DNA from: an uncultured Aliarcobacter sp.
Lineage (GTDB): Bacteria; Campylobacterota; Campylobacteria; Campylobacterales; Arcobacteraceae
Reading direction: 5' to 3'
DNA: 64,000 nt
Assembly (NCBI GenBank): GCA_963677435.1
Contig: OY781945.1
Span: 320,001 to 384,000, forward strand
The notes under the pieces are model-generated. The model searched no databases, was not told where the DNA came from, and was given only the letters and a program-made list of their open reading frames with translations. A program made the position numbers and the translations under genes. Positions 39,401 through 48,325 of this stretch are shown here, piece after piece; positions within the stretch are counted from its first letter, which is position 1; the number at the start of each line of letters is the position of its first letter.

Positions 39401-39622
39401 ACCATCTAATCCAGTTAGTTGTTGTTCCAATAATTGAGTAACACTATTTTCAACAGTTTGGGCAGATGCTCCTGTATAAGTAGTTGAAATTTTTATTGTT
39501 GGGGGTGCAATATCAGGATATTGAGCAACAGGTAAATTAAATATAGAAGCTAATCCACCTAACATGATAACGATTGAAATAACCCAAGCAAAGATGGGTC
39601 TGTTTATAAAAAAAGCTCCCAT
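36494..39622 (-). CDS. RND efflux permease (AcrB/MexB family)
   Basis: FFINRPIFAWV, AMRIWLDP, GLLVDDAIVVIENVER, KNAILIVEF, RLRPILMTS. Confidence 0.97.
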   Translation of the reverse strand: MGAFFINRPIFAWVISIVIMLGGLASIFNLPVAQYPDIAPPTIKISTTYTGASAQTVENSVTQLLEQQLTGLDGLLYFTSSSTSSGSVSINVSFEQGTNPDTAQVQVQNKISQVTTRLPTSVQEQGVNVTKSQTDFLMIAALYDETDKATASDISDYLVSNIQDSVARSEGVGSIQVFGSQYAMRIWLDPSKLLAYKLMPSDIQTAITTQNVQVSAGKIGAMPTLENQQLNATVTAESKLQTPEQFKNIIIKHDTNGALVRLSDVARVEIGNESYNNITRLNGHPASGLAVMLSSGANALSTAKKVRALLSELQRNMPDGYKIAYPIDSTKFISISINEVVKTLIEAILLVVLVVFIFLQSWRATIIPAVAVPVVLLGTFGVLQIFGYSINTLTMFGMVLSIGLLVDDAIVVIENVERIMREKGLSAHDATVESMKEVSTVLIGIAIVLSAVFLPMAFFDGSTGVIYRQFSITIVSSMILSVIVALTLTPALCASLLTEKHQEKTTGFFHWFNNTFESITKKYEQKVLNILKNPIRWMFLYLIIIVAMSFLTYRLPTSFLPLEDQGEVMAQISLPQGASVKRTDEITRKVEEHFLTNEKNNTESIFTISGFNFSGSGQNAGMAFVSLKDWDSRLDPQNSASAIVNRTNQQLFTTRDAMIFALNPPAIRGLGNTNGFTFQLQANAGTSRDTLKQMRDTLLSGASTDSMLSGVRLGSMEETPQLHVDIDHEKALSLGLELSQIDSTLNAAWAGSYVNDFIDRGRVKKVYIQGDAAFRSAPEDINKWYVRASDNESMTPFSTFTTTKWTFGPESLSRYNGLASYEIQGAGATGVSSGTAMDEMEKLANELPKGSSFAWSGLSYQEHLSSGQSLLLYSISILFVFLCLAALYESWSIPFSVLLVIPLGIIGAVLITTIRGLDNDVYFQVALLTVIGLSSKNAILIVEFVEVAYKNGHSLMDAAVEGARLRLRPILMTSLAFIVGVLPLAVSTGAGANSRIAIGTGIVGGTLTATILGVFMIPLFYVLISSIFRKNKTNSNIVKKAD

Positions 39623-40791
39623 TAGTTTATTTTATTAGGGTTATCAAATTTGAAGTTTGATGTAATATCGCTATCTTTAACTTTTGCACCAACTCTGATT
39701 TTATTTAGACCCTCAACAATTAAGTGATCACCAACATTAAATCCATCTTTTACTAACCAATAATCGTTTATTGCTCTATCTATTACGATATGGAGTTTTT
39801 CAACTTCTGAATTTTTATTTACAATCATTGCTGTTGCATTTCCTTTTTCATCAAAAGTAACACCTTGTTGAGGAACTAAAATAGCTTTTGTATTAATAGC
39901 TTCATTTACAATAATATTTACATACATTCCTGGTAATAATATATTTTTTGGATTAGGAAATTGCGCTCTTAATGTAACAGAACCTGTTGCTTCATCAACT
40001 GCTAGTTCTTGAAGTTTAAATTTTCCTTTATTTTCATATATTGAGCCATCTTCAAGTTTTAAACTAACAGTTGCACTTGCTTCTTTAATATTTTCTTGTT
40101 TAAGAAGTTTTTTCAAGTTTAACATCTGAACACTTGATTGAGTAAAATCTACATAAATTGGATCAAGAGATCTAACAGTTGCTAATGCCGTCGTTTGTTG
40201 AGCTGTTACTAATGCTCCCTCTGTTACGCTAGATATTCCAATATGTCCAGAAATAGGAGATGTGATTTGAGTGTATTCAAGATTGATTTTAGCACTTTGC
40301 ATTGCTGCTTTTTTCTCTTCTACGCTTGCTAGGGCTTGTAAATATGCAACATTTGCATCTTCATACTCTTGTTTTGAAACACCATCAATTTTTAATAAAT
40401 CTTTGTATCTTTCATCTTTTAGTTTTGCGGCTTTTACATTTGCTAAAACATTTGCATAAGAAGCTTTTGCTTCATTATATGCTGCTTCATAACTTGATGA
40501 AACTACTTTATATAAAATATCACCTTTATTTACAGTTGAACCCTCTTTAAATAATTGACGCTCAATTATTCCTCCAATTTGAGGACGAATTTCTGAATTT
40601 AAAGCAATTACAGTTCTTCCTGGAAGTTCCTGTTGTAGTGTGATTTCTTGTTGATTTATTGTATATGTTCCAACTTCAGTTGGTTTTTTTGTAGGTGCTT
40701 TTTTTTCAGTTTCTTCAAAACAACCATTGAAAATAGTTATTACTCCAATTAAACTAATAAAAAAACAACTTTTTGTAAGGTAATTCTTCAA
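39622..40791 (-). CDS. RND periplasmic adaptor (AcrA/MexA family)
   Basis: Lipoprotein Cys, ELPGR..EIRPQIGGII, ITSPISG, FPNP...LLPGMYV. Confidence 0.93.
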   Translation of the reverse strand: MKNYLTKSCFFISLIGVITIFNGCFEETEKKAPTKKPTEVGTYTINQQEITLQQELPGRTVIALNSEIRPQIGGIIERQLFKEGSTVNKGDILYKVVSSSYEAAYNEAKASYANVLANVKAAKLKDERYKDLLKIDGVSKQEYEDANVAYLQALASVEEKKAAMQSAKINLEYTQITSPISGHIGISSVTEGALVTAQQTTALATVRSLDPIYVDFTQSSVQMLNLKKLLKQENIKEASATVSLKLEDGSIYENKGKFKLQELAVDEATGSVTLRAQFPNPKNILLPGMYVNIIVNEAINTKAILVPQQGVTFDEKGNATAMIVNKNSEVEKLHIVIDRAINDYWLVKDGFNVGDHLIVEGLNKIRVGAKVKDSDITSNFKFDNPNKIN

Positions 40792-40894
40792 AATTGTATC
40801 CTATGTTAAGTAAGTATATGTATAAGAATTTTAGTATATCTGAATTAATAGTATCTTAACGAAATTACATTATTAGAGGCCATTTATAAAAAGA

Positions 40895-42037
40895 TTAAAA
40901 AATCACCAAAGCTCTTCCAAAAGGGATTCTCTCTTTTTTATTTGACAATGCCCAAAGAACTTCATACGATGGTGGGATTCTTGGGAAAATTCCATCTCCA
41001 TCTGTGAAATATAAAAGCATACTTGACATTGGAAAGTTTGCATCGATGTATTCAAAAACTGGTCGATAGTCTGTTCCGCCTCCACCTTTTAGGGCAAACT
41101 CTATATCTTCTGCACCTCTAAAACTATAGTGGGCATGAACTTTTGCATCTGCTATTAGAAGCTCAATATTTACTGCTGGAAAGTTTTGCATGATAGCTTT
41201 AAACTCTTCTATAAATGCTCCTAATATTTCTTCTCGAATAGAACCAGATGTATCAATGGCAACTATTAAACTCAAAGTATCACTTGTAAGTGAGGGCAGG
41301 GCAAAACCTCTGTAAAGATGTTTTTTATTTGGTGGCATAAAAGCGTAGTTGTTTCTCATGTGGCGATTTATGGCATTGTAAAGTTCAAACTTCCAATCTA
41401 TATTTTGGGCTACTACTTTTTTTGCGAGTCTTTCAAAACCTAAAGGCATTAGAGATTTTCTAGTTGATACCTCTTTTGCAAGTGCGCTTGCATATTCCCA
41501 TTGTTCTTCGTCTCGCTCATCAAGATTTTCTTGTATTTTTTTTACTTTTCTAAACTTTTGAGTATTATCTCTATTGTTTTTTTGCTCATCATTTTGTTGA
41601 ACTTTTTCATCATCAAAAGCATCAACTCCACTTTCGATTAACTCTTTTTTTAGAAAATCATAAATCTCTTCTGCATACATATTTTTGAATTTTTTATCAT
41701 AATTTACACCATGGGGCATTTTCATACCATTTTTAAAAAGAAGATTATTGATTGCATAATCAGTTGCTAATTGCCAAAGATAACCTTTTCTTTTTAACTT
41801 TCTTTGTTGGTGAGATAAAATGTGATGCATAACACAGTTTGTCAAAATAAAAGAGAGCTCTTCAATGGTACAACTGTTTATAAAATCAGGGTTATATAAA
41901 AATCTTACTCCATTACTGGCATAAGATTCTATATTTTCACTCTCTTCATGTTTTAATCTTGAAGCCAACATTCCAAAATATGGGTATTTGGTTGTTAGTT
42001 GGCTTTTGGCTTTGATTAAAAGTGTGTTTGCATTCAT
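40895..42037 (-). CDS. DUF2201-type metallopeptidase-like plus vWA domain protein
   Basis: YPYFG, YNPDF, WQLATDYAIN; vWA AIDTSGS, GGGGTDYRPVF, YFTDG; start MNANT at 42037. Confidence 0.85.
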   Translation of the reverse strand: MNANTLLIKAKSQLTTKYPYFGMLASRLKHEESENIESYASNGVRFLYNPDFINSCTIEELSFILTNCVMHHILSHQQRKLKRKGYLWQLATDYAINNLLFKNGMKMPHGVNYDKKFKNMYAEEIYDFLKKELIESGVDAFDDEKVQQNDEQKNNRDNTQKFRKVKKIQENLDERDEEQWEYASALAKEVSTRKSLMPLGFERLAKKVVAQNIDWKFELYNAINRHMRNNYAFMPPNKKHLYRGFALPSLTSDTLSLIVAIDTSGSIREEILGAFIEEFKAIMQNFPAVNIELLIADAKVHAHYSFRGAEDIEFALKGGGGTDYRPVFEYIDANFPMSSMLLYFTDGDGIFPRIPPSYEVLWALSNKKERIPFGRALVIF

Positions 42038-42039
42038 AA

Positions 42040-43041
42040 TTAACGAAGTAATGTGTTGAATTTTTTCATCCACAATGGCCAAGATTTTAGATAATCAAGT
42101 TCAATACTTCTTTGTCTTAAATCTTGAATAATCATAACAGAAAACTCTCCTGGAAGATTTAGGGAGTAATTTAGAAGATTTTCTAACTCTTTTGTTCTTG
42201 TATCTTCTGAAATTCTAATTGCTAAGGCTGTACAAAGTATATGTAAAGCAGAAGTATCTGTTGGGAACTCTTTTTCAGTTCCATCTAGGATTCCATCAAT
42301 ATTTGGAAGATCTTTGATAACTGCTTTAAAACCTAAAAATGAAGCTGCTAACTCTTCACCAATTGCTCCACTAATTAGTGCCATTATCAAATCATCTTCA
42401 GGAGTTGATAATAGAACTTCATTTACATAATGCCAAGTTCTAGGAGTTGCAAAGGCTTTTGTATCACTTTGAGTATTAAAAGTAAACAAAGCATCAGGTC
42501 TATATGAGATAAATGAGATTATAGATAAATCAATATTATTATTTATGGCCCAAGCTCTCCAGTCATCAACGCTTACTTCCATATCAAGGTGAATAAATCT
42601 ATTTGCAAGTGGTGCTGCCATTCTAAAAACTACACCTCTATCACTTTCTCTATTTCCAGCTGCAACTATTGACCAACCATCAGGAAGAGTGTATTCACCG
42701 ATTTTTCTATCAAGAATCAATTGATAAGCAGAAGCTTGAACCATTGGAGCTGCTGTATTTAACTCATCTAAAAATAGAATTCCCTCTTTAATACTACCAT
42801 CTGGTAAAAATGAAGCTGGTGCCCAAATAGCTGTTTGATTAACTGCATCAAAAAATGGGATTCCTCTTAAATCTGTAGGGTCAAGTAAAGATAGCCGTAA
42901 ATCTATACATGCTATTCCTTTTTCCTTTGCAATTTGAGCAATGATTGAAGATTTTCCAATACCAGGAGGTCCCCATAAGAATATAGGTACTTTTCTTTCA
43001 CATAGGTGTTCTATTGAGCGTTTTATTTTCTGTGGATTCAT
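42040..43041 (-). CDS. MoxR-like AAA+ ATPase
   Basis: Walker A GPPGIGKS, DLRGIP, Walker B LFLDE, AGNRESD, LANRF, TPRTW. Confidence 0.92.
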   Translation of the reverse strand: MNPQKIKRSIEHLCERKVPIFLWGPPGIGKSSIIAQIAKEKGIACIDLRLSLLDPTDLRGIPFFDAVNQTAIWAPASFLPDGSIKEGILFLDELNTAAPMVQASAYQLILDRKIGEYTLPDGWSIVAAGNRESDRGVVFRMAAPLANRFIHLDMEVSVDDWRAWAINNNIDLSIISFISYRPDALFTFNTQSDTKAFATPRTWHYVNEVLLSTPEDDLIMALISGAIGEELAASFLGFKAVIKDLPNIDGILDGTEKEFPTDTSALHILCTALAIRISEDTRTKELENLLNYSLNLPGEFSVMIIQDLRQRSIELDYLKSWPLWMKKFNTLLR

Positions 43042-43069
43042 GTATATCCTTTATTTATGGGATATGTAT

Positions 43070-43085
43070 TGCAATTAACGTTCCT
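43070..43085 (-). promoter_or_regulatory. Sigma54-type -24/-12 promoter candidate for the AAA+/vWA operon
   Basis: Minus strand AGGAACGTTAATTGCA (GG-N10-GC) about 30 nt upstream of the ATG. Confidence 0.5.
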
Positions 43086-43137
43086 TGTATTTGAAAGAGT
43101 CTATTAGCTATAATCAAAAAAACTTTTAGGGATAGAT

Positions 43138-44364
43138 TTGAAAATAGCAATAATAGGAGCAGGAGCAGCAGGAATAATTGCCGCCATTACTGCCAAAAGA
43201 TTAAACAAAAATTTACATATAGATTTATTTGATGCAAACAAAGGTATAGGGAAAAAGATACTTGCAAGTGGAAATGGAAGATGTAATATCTCAAACAATC
43301 AAATAACTTCAAAAAACTATCTAGGAGAAAATCCAGACTTTACAAGTTTTGCACTAAAAGAGTTTGATTTCAAAGCCTTTGAAAAGTTCTGCAAAAGCAT
43401 AGGACTTTTACTAGATATAAAACCAAGTGGAAAAGTATATCCTCTATCAAATGAAGCAAAATCAGTAACTAATCTTTTGGAGTTAGCATTACAAGAACTA
43501 GGTGTGAATATATATTTAGAATCAATGATAATAGACATTGAAAAAGTAGAAGACAAGTTTAATATCAAAACTCAAGAGAATGAATATAAAGCATATGATA
43601 AAGTTCTAATCTCAAATGGTTTAGGTGCAGCCCCACAATTAAATGCAAATGAAAGCGGTTTAGACTTCGCCTCAAAATTTGGACATAGCTTCAATCCAAC
43701 ATACCCTTCCCTTGTAGGATTAAAAACTGATAATACCTATAATGGAAAACTACAAGGTGTAAAAAAAGAGTGTAATGTTAACCTATATGTAAATGGAAAT
43801 TTAGAGCAAGAGATTTTTGGAGATGTACTATTCACAAGTTATGGAGTTTCAGGTTTTGCAATATTAGATATATCACAACTAGCAGTTTTAAATCTAAGCC
43901 AATACCAAGATGTAAAAATAGCAATAAACTTCTTCCCAAAAATAAACAGAAATGACCTAGGCGACCAAATCCAAACACTTTTCAAAACTATTCCAAGTCA
44001 AAAAGCCGTAGATATAATAACAGGAATGGTATCAAATAAAATTGCACCAGTTTTACTAGATATTTGCAAAATCAATATAGATACAAAAGCTGCTGATGTA
44101 AACGCAAAACAAATAAAAGCCTTAGCCTACCAGCTAAACCAATGGAAACTAAAAATAATAGACACCCAAGGTTTCGGACACGCAGAAGCCAGTGGTGGAG
44201 GTGTAAGAACCGCTGAGGTAGATAATAAAACTTATGAAAGTAAGCTAGTAAAAAATCTATACTTCGCAGGAGAAGTACTAGATATAGTAGGAAATAGGGG
44301 AGGTTTTAATCTTCAGTTTGCGTGGGCGAGTGGTTATTTGGTTGGGAAGAGTTTAGGAAAATAA
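43138..44364 (+). CDS. HI0933/BaiN (YhiN)-family flavoprotein
   Basis: IIGAGAAG, GKKILASGNGRCN, LYFAGEVLDIVGNRGGFNLQFAWASG. Confidence 0.92.
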   Translation: MKIAIIGAGAAGIIAAITAKRLNKNLHIDLFDANKGIGKKILASGNGRCNISNNQITSKNYLGENPDFTSFALKEFDFKAFEKFCKSIGLLLDIKPSGKVYPLSNEAKSVTNLLELALQELGVNIYLESMIIDIEKVEDKFNIKTQENEYKAYDKVLISNGLGAAPQLNANESGLDFASKFGHSFNPTYPSLVGLKTDNTYNGKLQGVKKECNVNLYVNGNLEQEIFGDVLFTSYGVSGFAILDISQLAVLNLSQYQDVKIAINFFPKINRNDLGDQIQTLFKTIPSQKAVDIITGMVSNKIAPVLLDICKINIDTKAADVNAKQIKALAYQLNQWKLKIIDTQGFGHAEASGGGVRTAEVDNKTYESKLVKNLYFAGEVLDIVGNRGGFNLQFAWASGYLVGKSLGK

Positions 44365-44483
44365 AATAGTAACTTTTGTCAAATTTCGGCGTTATCGTCG
44401 AAATTGAAATAGTCACATACTGGAGTATGCTCCCATTCCAATTTCTCCTCTGGCCTTGAACTTTAACAAAATTTACTATTTTA
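44362..44483. mobile_element. 122-bp ERIC-like miniature palindromic element (MITE candidate)
   Basis: 20/22-bp terminal inverted repeats with TA ends; nested arms GAAATTG/CAATTTC and CATAC/GTATG; core AGTCACATACTGGAGTATGCTCC. Confidence 0.7.
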
Positions 44484-44493
44484 AGGAGTAAGT

Positions 44494-45096
44494 ATGGTAG
44501 ATGAAGAATTAATTAAAAAATCAAAAGAATATGTTGAAAAGATTTATTGTATTTTAGATGGTAGAAAAATTAAAAAAGATAAATTAAGAGAATTCATTGT
44601 TGCGGGTTTTTTATCTATATCGCGAGACCATCACTGTGCAATAATTTCACTTCTAGAAAAAGGTATTTATAGTTCAAGTTTTGCTTTATTAAGACCTTTA
44701 ATTGATACAATCTATAGAGGACTCTGGGTTTCTCAAGTCGCATCAGAAGAAGAAATCGAAAAAATATATTCTACAGAATATAAATTTGAAACAAGCACTT
44801 TCAAATATGTAGATAAGATTGATAAAGAAAATAATACAAATGTTTTTCATAAAAAATATAAACAAATGGCACCTTTCTTACACGATATGACACATGGTGG
44901 AATAGGGCAATTAGCAAGACAATTTAGTGAAAATGGAGATTTTATACAATCTAACTTTAGTGAAAATGATTTAAAGAATTTAATTAATCATATTAATGCA
45001 CATATTGCAATTTTTTTATACGATTACAATAGATATCAAACTGATAATGAATTAGAAAGTCTTGCAAAAAAGATTTTAAATATTGAGGAAGAATAA
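44494..45096 (+). CDS. Hypothetical helical protein (DUF5677-like)
   Basis: AAGGAG RBS; HHCAIISLL...SSFALLRPLIDT and LHDMTHG pattern. Confidence 0.6.
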   Translation: MVDEELIKKSKEYVEKIYCILDGRKIKKDKLREFIVAGFLSISRDHHCAIISLLEKGIYSSSFALLRPLIDTIYRGLWVSQVASEEEIEKIYSTEYKFETSTFKYVDKIDKENNTNVFHKKYKQMAPFLHDMTHGGIGQLARQFSENGDFIQSNFSENDLKNLINHINAHIAIFLYDYNRYQTDNELESLAKKILNIEEE

Positions 45097-45102
45097 AAGG
45101 GA

Positions 45103-45294
45103 TTAAAACCTCTCCCTCAAAACAACCAATTTCCTAATCTTCCCAAACTCAAAAACACCCTTATCACAATGAACTCTATTTTCATCATCCATCTTTAAAG
45201 CTTTGACATTCTTATAACTTTTATCTTCGTAAGTAAAACTAATATAGTTTTTATCAACAATAGCTTTTTGTAAAAATCTAAATTCTATATTCAT
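45103..45294 (-). CDS. Small hypothetical protein resembling a minimal WYL domain
   Basis: LQKAIVDKNYISFTY...FEFGKIRKLVVLRERF pattern, 63 aa. Confidence 0.5.
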   Translation of the reverse strand: MNIEFRFLQKAIVDKNYISFTYEDKSYKNVKALKMDDENRVHCDKGVFEFGKIRKLVVLRERF

Positions 45295-45370
45295 TTTGAG
45301 TTCTTTTTCTTGAGTTGGAAGTAGTATAAAAAGATGAAAGGAAAACTTCCATCTTTTAAAAAAAGTGAGA

Positions 45371-45709
45371 TTATTTTGCCATAACTTTTTCGCTACAAAC
45401 AGTAATAGCTTGTTTTACAATGCTACTATCAATATTTGCATATGATTGAATAGATGAAGCTTTTTCACATAATTCTTTTGCTTTATCCATAGATGAAATA
45501 ACTGTATTATTTGATTTTACAGTTGTTGCTAATTTATCACCTAAAGCATCTGGAGTTAAACCTAAAGATTCACCAGCTGTTTTTGTTAATGATTTTGTAT
45601 CAGTATTACCATTTAAAGCTGAAGTTCCTACATTTTTTAAAGCTCCACCAACATCAAATGCTAAAAGTGCAGAAATAGATAATGCAGTTGCTAAAACGAT
45701 TTTTTTCAT
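45371..45709 (-). CDS. Secreted hypothetical protein
   Basis: Signal peptide MKKIVLATALSISALLA, two Cys; hairpin at 45329-45357 downstream. Confidence 0.75.
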   Translation of the reverse strand: MKKIVLATALSISALLAFDVGGALKNVGTSALNGNTDTKSLTKTAGESLGLTPDALGDKLATTVKSNNTVISSMDKAKELCEKASSIQSYANIDSSIVKQAITVCSEKVMAK

Positions 45710-45752
45710 ATATATAATCCTTAAAATAATGTGGCGGATTATATCATTTTAT

Positions 45753-46592
45753 CTAGGAATTTGACCTTGCCCAAGATATGATTTTTCTATCTTCTTGAAT
45801 TATATGATGAACTAAAGCAATATCAATAATTTTTGCTAACTCTTTTTCAAAGACACTTTCATCTATTGTAGGTAATTTTTTTACAAAAGAATTTATCTTT
45901 TCAATAATATCATGGTGTAAAACTTTATGTTCTTCTATCAAAGGATAATTTATCTCTTGCATATATTTTTCTTCATGTTTAAAATGAGATTTCATATAAG
46001 TGTATAAATCAGTTAGAACTTCTTTGATTTTTGCATTTCTCAAGTTTGGTTCTACCTCTTTAAAAGCCTCTTCTGCTATATCAAAAAGCTTTTTGTGTTC
46101 TTTGTCAATCTCTTTATTACCAACACTATAAATCTCTTTCCAACCAAAATTTCTTTTTAAATCAGCAAGAGAAGTATTCCAAAGTTGGATTTTTTTGTCT
46201 TCTAAAACTATATGTCTTATAAAATATTCATCAATAAAATTAAGAAGAGATTTTTCGATTTCTGGCAACTCTAATTTTCCCAATTCGGAGATTAGCGTTG
46301 TTAACATATTTAACATGTTTTTATGAAGAAGTTTGTGGTTATTTAGTTCTGGATAAGAGATTTCTTCCATATATTTTTGCTCATTTGAGAAATGAGTTCT
46401 AACATAATCAAAAAGTTTTGTTATTATATCTTTTAGTTTACTTTTTACCTTATCATCATCTTTTAATTTTGAAATACTCATAGCTTCTCGTGCTATTGTG
46501 AAGAGTTTTTGATGTTCCTTATCAATTATGAAATTATTGATATTGTATTCTGATTTCCAAATTACTGTATTTGAATTTAACTTGATCCTCAT
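45753..46592 (-). CDS. Tandem two-domain bacteriohemerythrin
   Basis: Two repeats of IDKEH..LF, HF..E.KYM.EI.YP, HK.LH, HI..ED. Confidence 0.9.
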   Translation of the reverse strand: MRIKLNSNTVIWKSEYNINNFIIDKEHQKLFTIAREAMSISKLKDDDKVKSKLKDIITKLFDYVRTHFSNEQKYMEEISYPELNNHKLLHKNMLNMLTTLISELGKLELPEIEKSLLNFIDEYFIRHIVLEDKKIQLWNTSLADLKRNFGWKEIYSVGNKEIDKEHKKLFDIAEEAFKEVEPNLRNAKIKEVLTDLYTYMKSHFKHEEKYMQEINYPLIEEHKVLHHDIIEKINSFVKKLPTIDESVFEKELAKIIDIALVHHIIQEDRKIISWARSNS

Positions 46593-46703
46593 GATAACCT
46601 TATGTATTTTTTTATTACTTCAATTATAGATTTAAATTATTAATACAAGCTTTATTTTATGAAAATTTACTATAATACGGGAAAAAACAGGAAGCATTTT
46701 CAC

Positions 46704-47087
46704 ATGAGCAATATAGAATTAATAGAAAAACCAACAACACCAGAACAAGAGAAGTTAGTACAATCACAATTTAATACAAATGTAGCATTTTTCATCCATT
46801 TAAAAGCATATAATAATAGCGTAAGAGAAGAATTAGAAAAAAGATTAACAGAAGTTTTCTTCTTTTCAAGGGGAATTGACTGGAAATTTGATAGCTTTGG
46901 AATAGAAAAAACAGGTTCAAGGGGAACAGATATTTTAGGATATTTTATTTTTAGAGCAGTTGAAGTTGAAAAATTACAAAAATTATTCATTGATGAATTT
47001 AAAGATTATGATAATGCTATAAAAATTACATGTTCAGTATCAAAATATGAAAAAGTTGAAGAGAGCTTTTTTGAGTTAGATATATAA
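46704..47087 (+). CDS. Hypothetical protein
   Basis: ORF with plausible ATG at 46704 and a downstream terminator. Confidence 0.6.
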   Translation: MSNIELIEKPTTPEQEKLVQSQFNTNVAFFIHLKAYNNSVREELEKRLTEVFFFSRGIDWKFDSFGIEKTGSRGTDILGYFIFRAVEVEKLQKLFIDEFKDYDNAIKITCSVSKYEKVEESFFELDI

Positions 47088-47111
47088 AAGTTTAGGAAAA
47101 TCCTAAACTTT
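47087..47111 (+). terminator. Intrinsic terminator hairpin
   Basis: AAAGTTTAGGA-AAA-TCCTAAACTTT between convergent genes. Confidence 0.75.
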
Positions 47112-47173
47112 AATTAACAAGAGTTATTACAAAACTCATTTGAAATGTAAAACAAGTCTTTCATCTTTTCTTT

Positions 47174-48325
47174 TTATTTATAAGTTCTAATAATCAAAAA
47201 TGAGATTATAGAAATAATAGTGATACTTAAAGATATTGGTAAAAAAGTATCATTATGAAAACTAAGAGCTATTGATGAAACAATCGCACCTAATCCAAAC
47301 TGTAAAACGCCAATTACACCAGATGCAACTCCAGCATTTTTTTGAAAATGTTCTAAAGATAAAGACATACAATTTCCAAAAATAAATGCCATCATACTCA
47401 TGTATGTAGCGATTAAAATCATTGTCAAAATTAAACTGATATTTTCTTGATTTAAAATAAAAATTATACTGGCAATAATCTGAATTAAAATAGCAACTTT
47501 TACAAGTGATAAATCATTATATTTTTTTAATAAATTGATATTAACTTTTATCATTAGCATCATTAAAATAAAATTTATTCCAAAGAAAAAAGGAAAATAA
47601 TCTGTTGAGATTTTAAAATACTCTATATAGATAAATGAACTTTTTGCGATAATTATGAAAAAACCACCAAAACTAAATCCAAGTGTAATCATTGCTTTCA
47701 TAGCTGCTTTATGGCTTAATACTATTTTGTAAGATTCCCAAATATTTTGTTTAACATAAGTGTAACTTTCAGGTAAATCTTTATATACAAAAAATGCTAC
47801 AACTAAAGCATAAAGAGTTAAAAATATAAATACAGCTTCCCAATCAAAGAAATGAACAATAGCTGCACCAATGGTTGGTGCGACTAATGGGGCAATACTT
47901 CTTACTATTCCCATAAGTGAAAATACTTTTGCTGCTTCTGCTCCATGAAATCTATCTCTTACAGCAGCAGCTGCATTTACAATAACAACTCCTCCAAAAA
48001 ATGCTTCAAAAAATCTGTAAACCCATAACTCATATATATTTGTACTAAAGATGATGATAAAACTAAATAAAGCATAACCTAAAAGACCAAAAATTGAACT
48101 ATTTTTCCTCCCGTATTTATCAGAAATTGGTCCCCCAAAGATTTGTCCTACTGCTAAACCAATTAAAAAAATAGATAATGATAATTCGATTTTATCGATA
48201 CTAACAAAAAGTGATTTGGCTATTTGTGGTATTGAAGGTAAATAAGTATCAACTCCAATTGGTGCAACAGAAGATAAAATTGATAATAAAATTATTAGAT
48301 ATATGTGATTGATTGATTTTTTCAT
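47174..48325 (-). CDS. Bcr/CflA-family MFS efflux transporter
   Basis: DTYLPSIP, GQIFGGPISDKYGRK, IAPLVAPTIG, about 12 TMs. Confidence 0.92.
   Translation of the reverse strand: MKKSINHIYLIILLSILSSVAPIGVDTYLPSIPQIAKSLFVSIDKIELSLSIFLIGLAVGQIFGGPISDKYGRKNSSIFGLLGYALFSFIIIFSTNIYELWVYRFFEAFFGGVVIVNAAAAVRDRFHGAEAAKVFSLMGIVRSIAPLVAPTIGAAIVHFFDWEAVFIFLTLYALVVAFFVYKDLPESYTYVKQNIWESYKIVLSHKAAMKAMITLGFSFGGFFIIIAKSSFIYIEYFKISTDYFPFFFGINFILMMLMIKVNINLLKKYNDLSLVKVAILIQIIASIIFILNQENISLILTMILIATYMSMMAFIFGNCMSLSLEHFQKNAGVASGVIGVLQFGLGAIVSSIALSFHNDTFLPISLSITIISIISFLIIRTYK

Noticed and set aside
35072..40791. RND operon as a mobile resistance island
   Set aside because: No IS, integrase, flanking repeats or evident compositional shift
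44362..44483. Palindrome as an integron attC site
   Set aside because: No RYYYAAC/GTTRRRY ends and no integrase in the window
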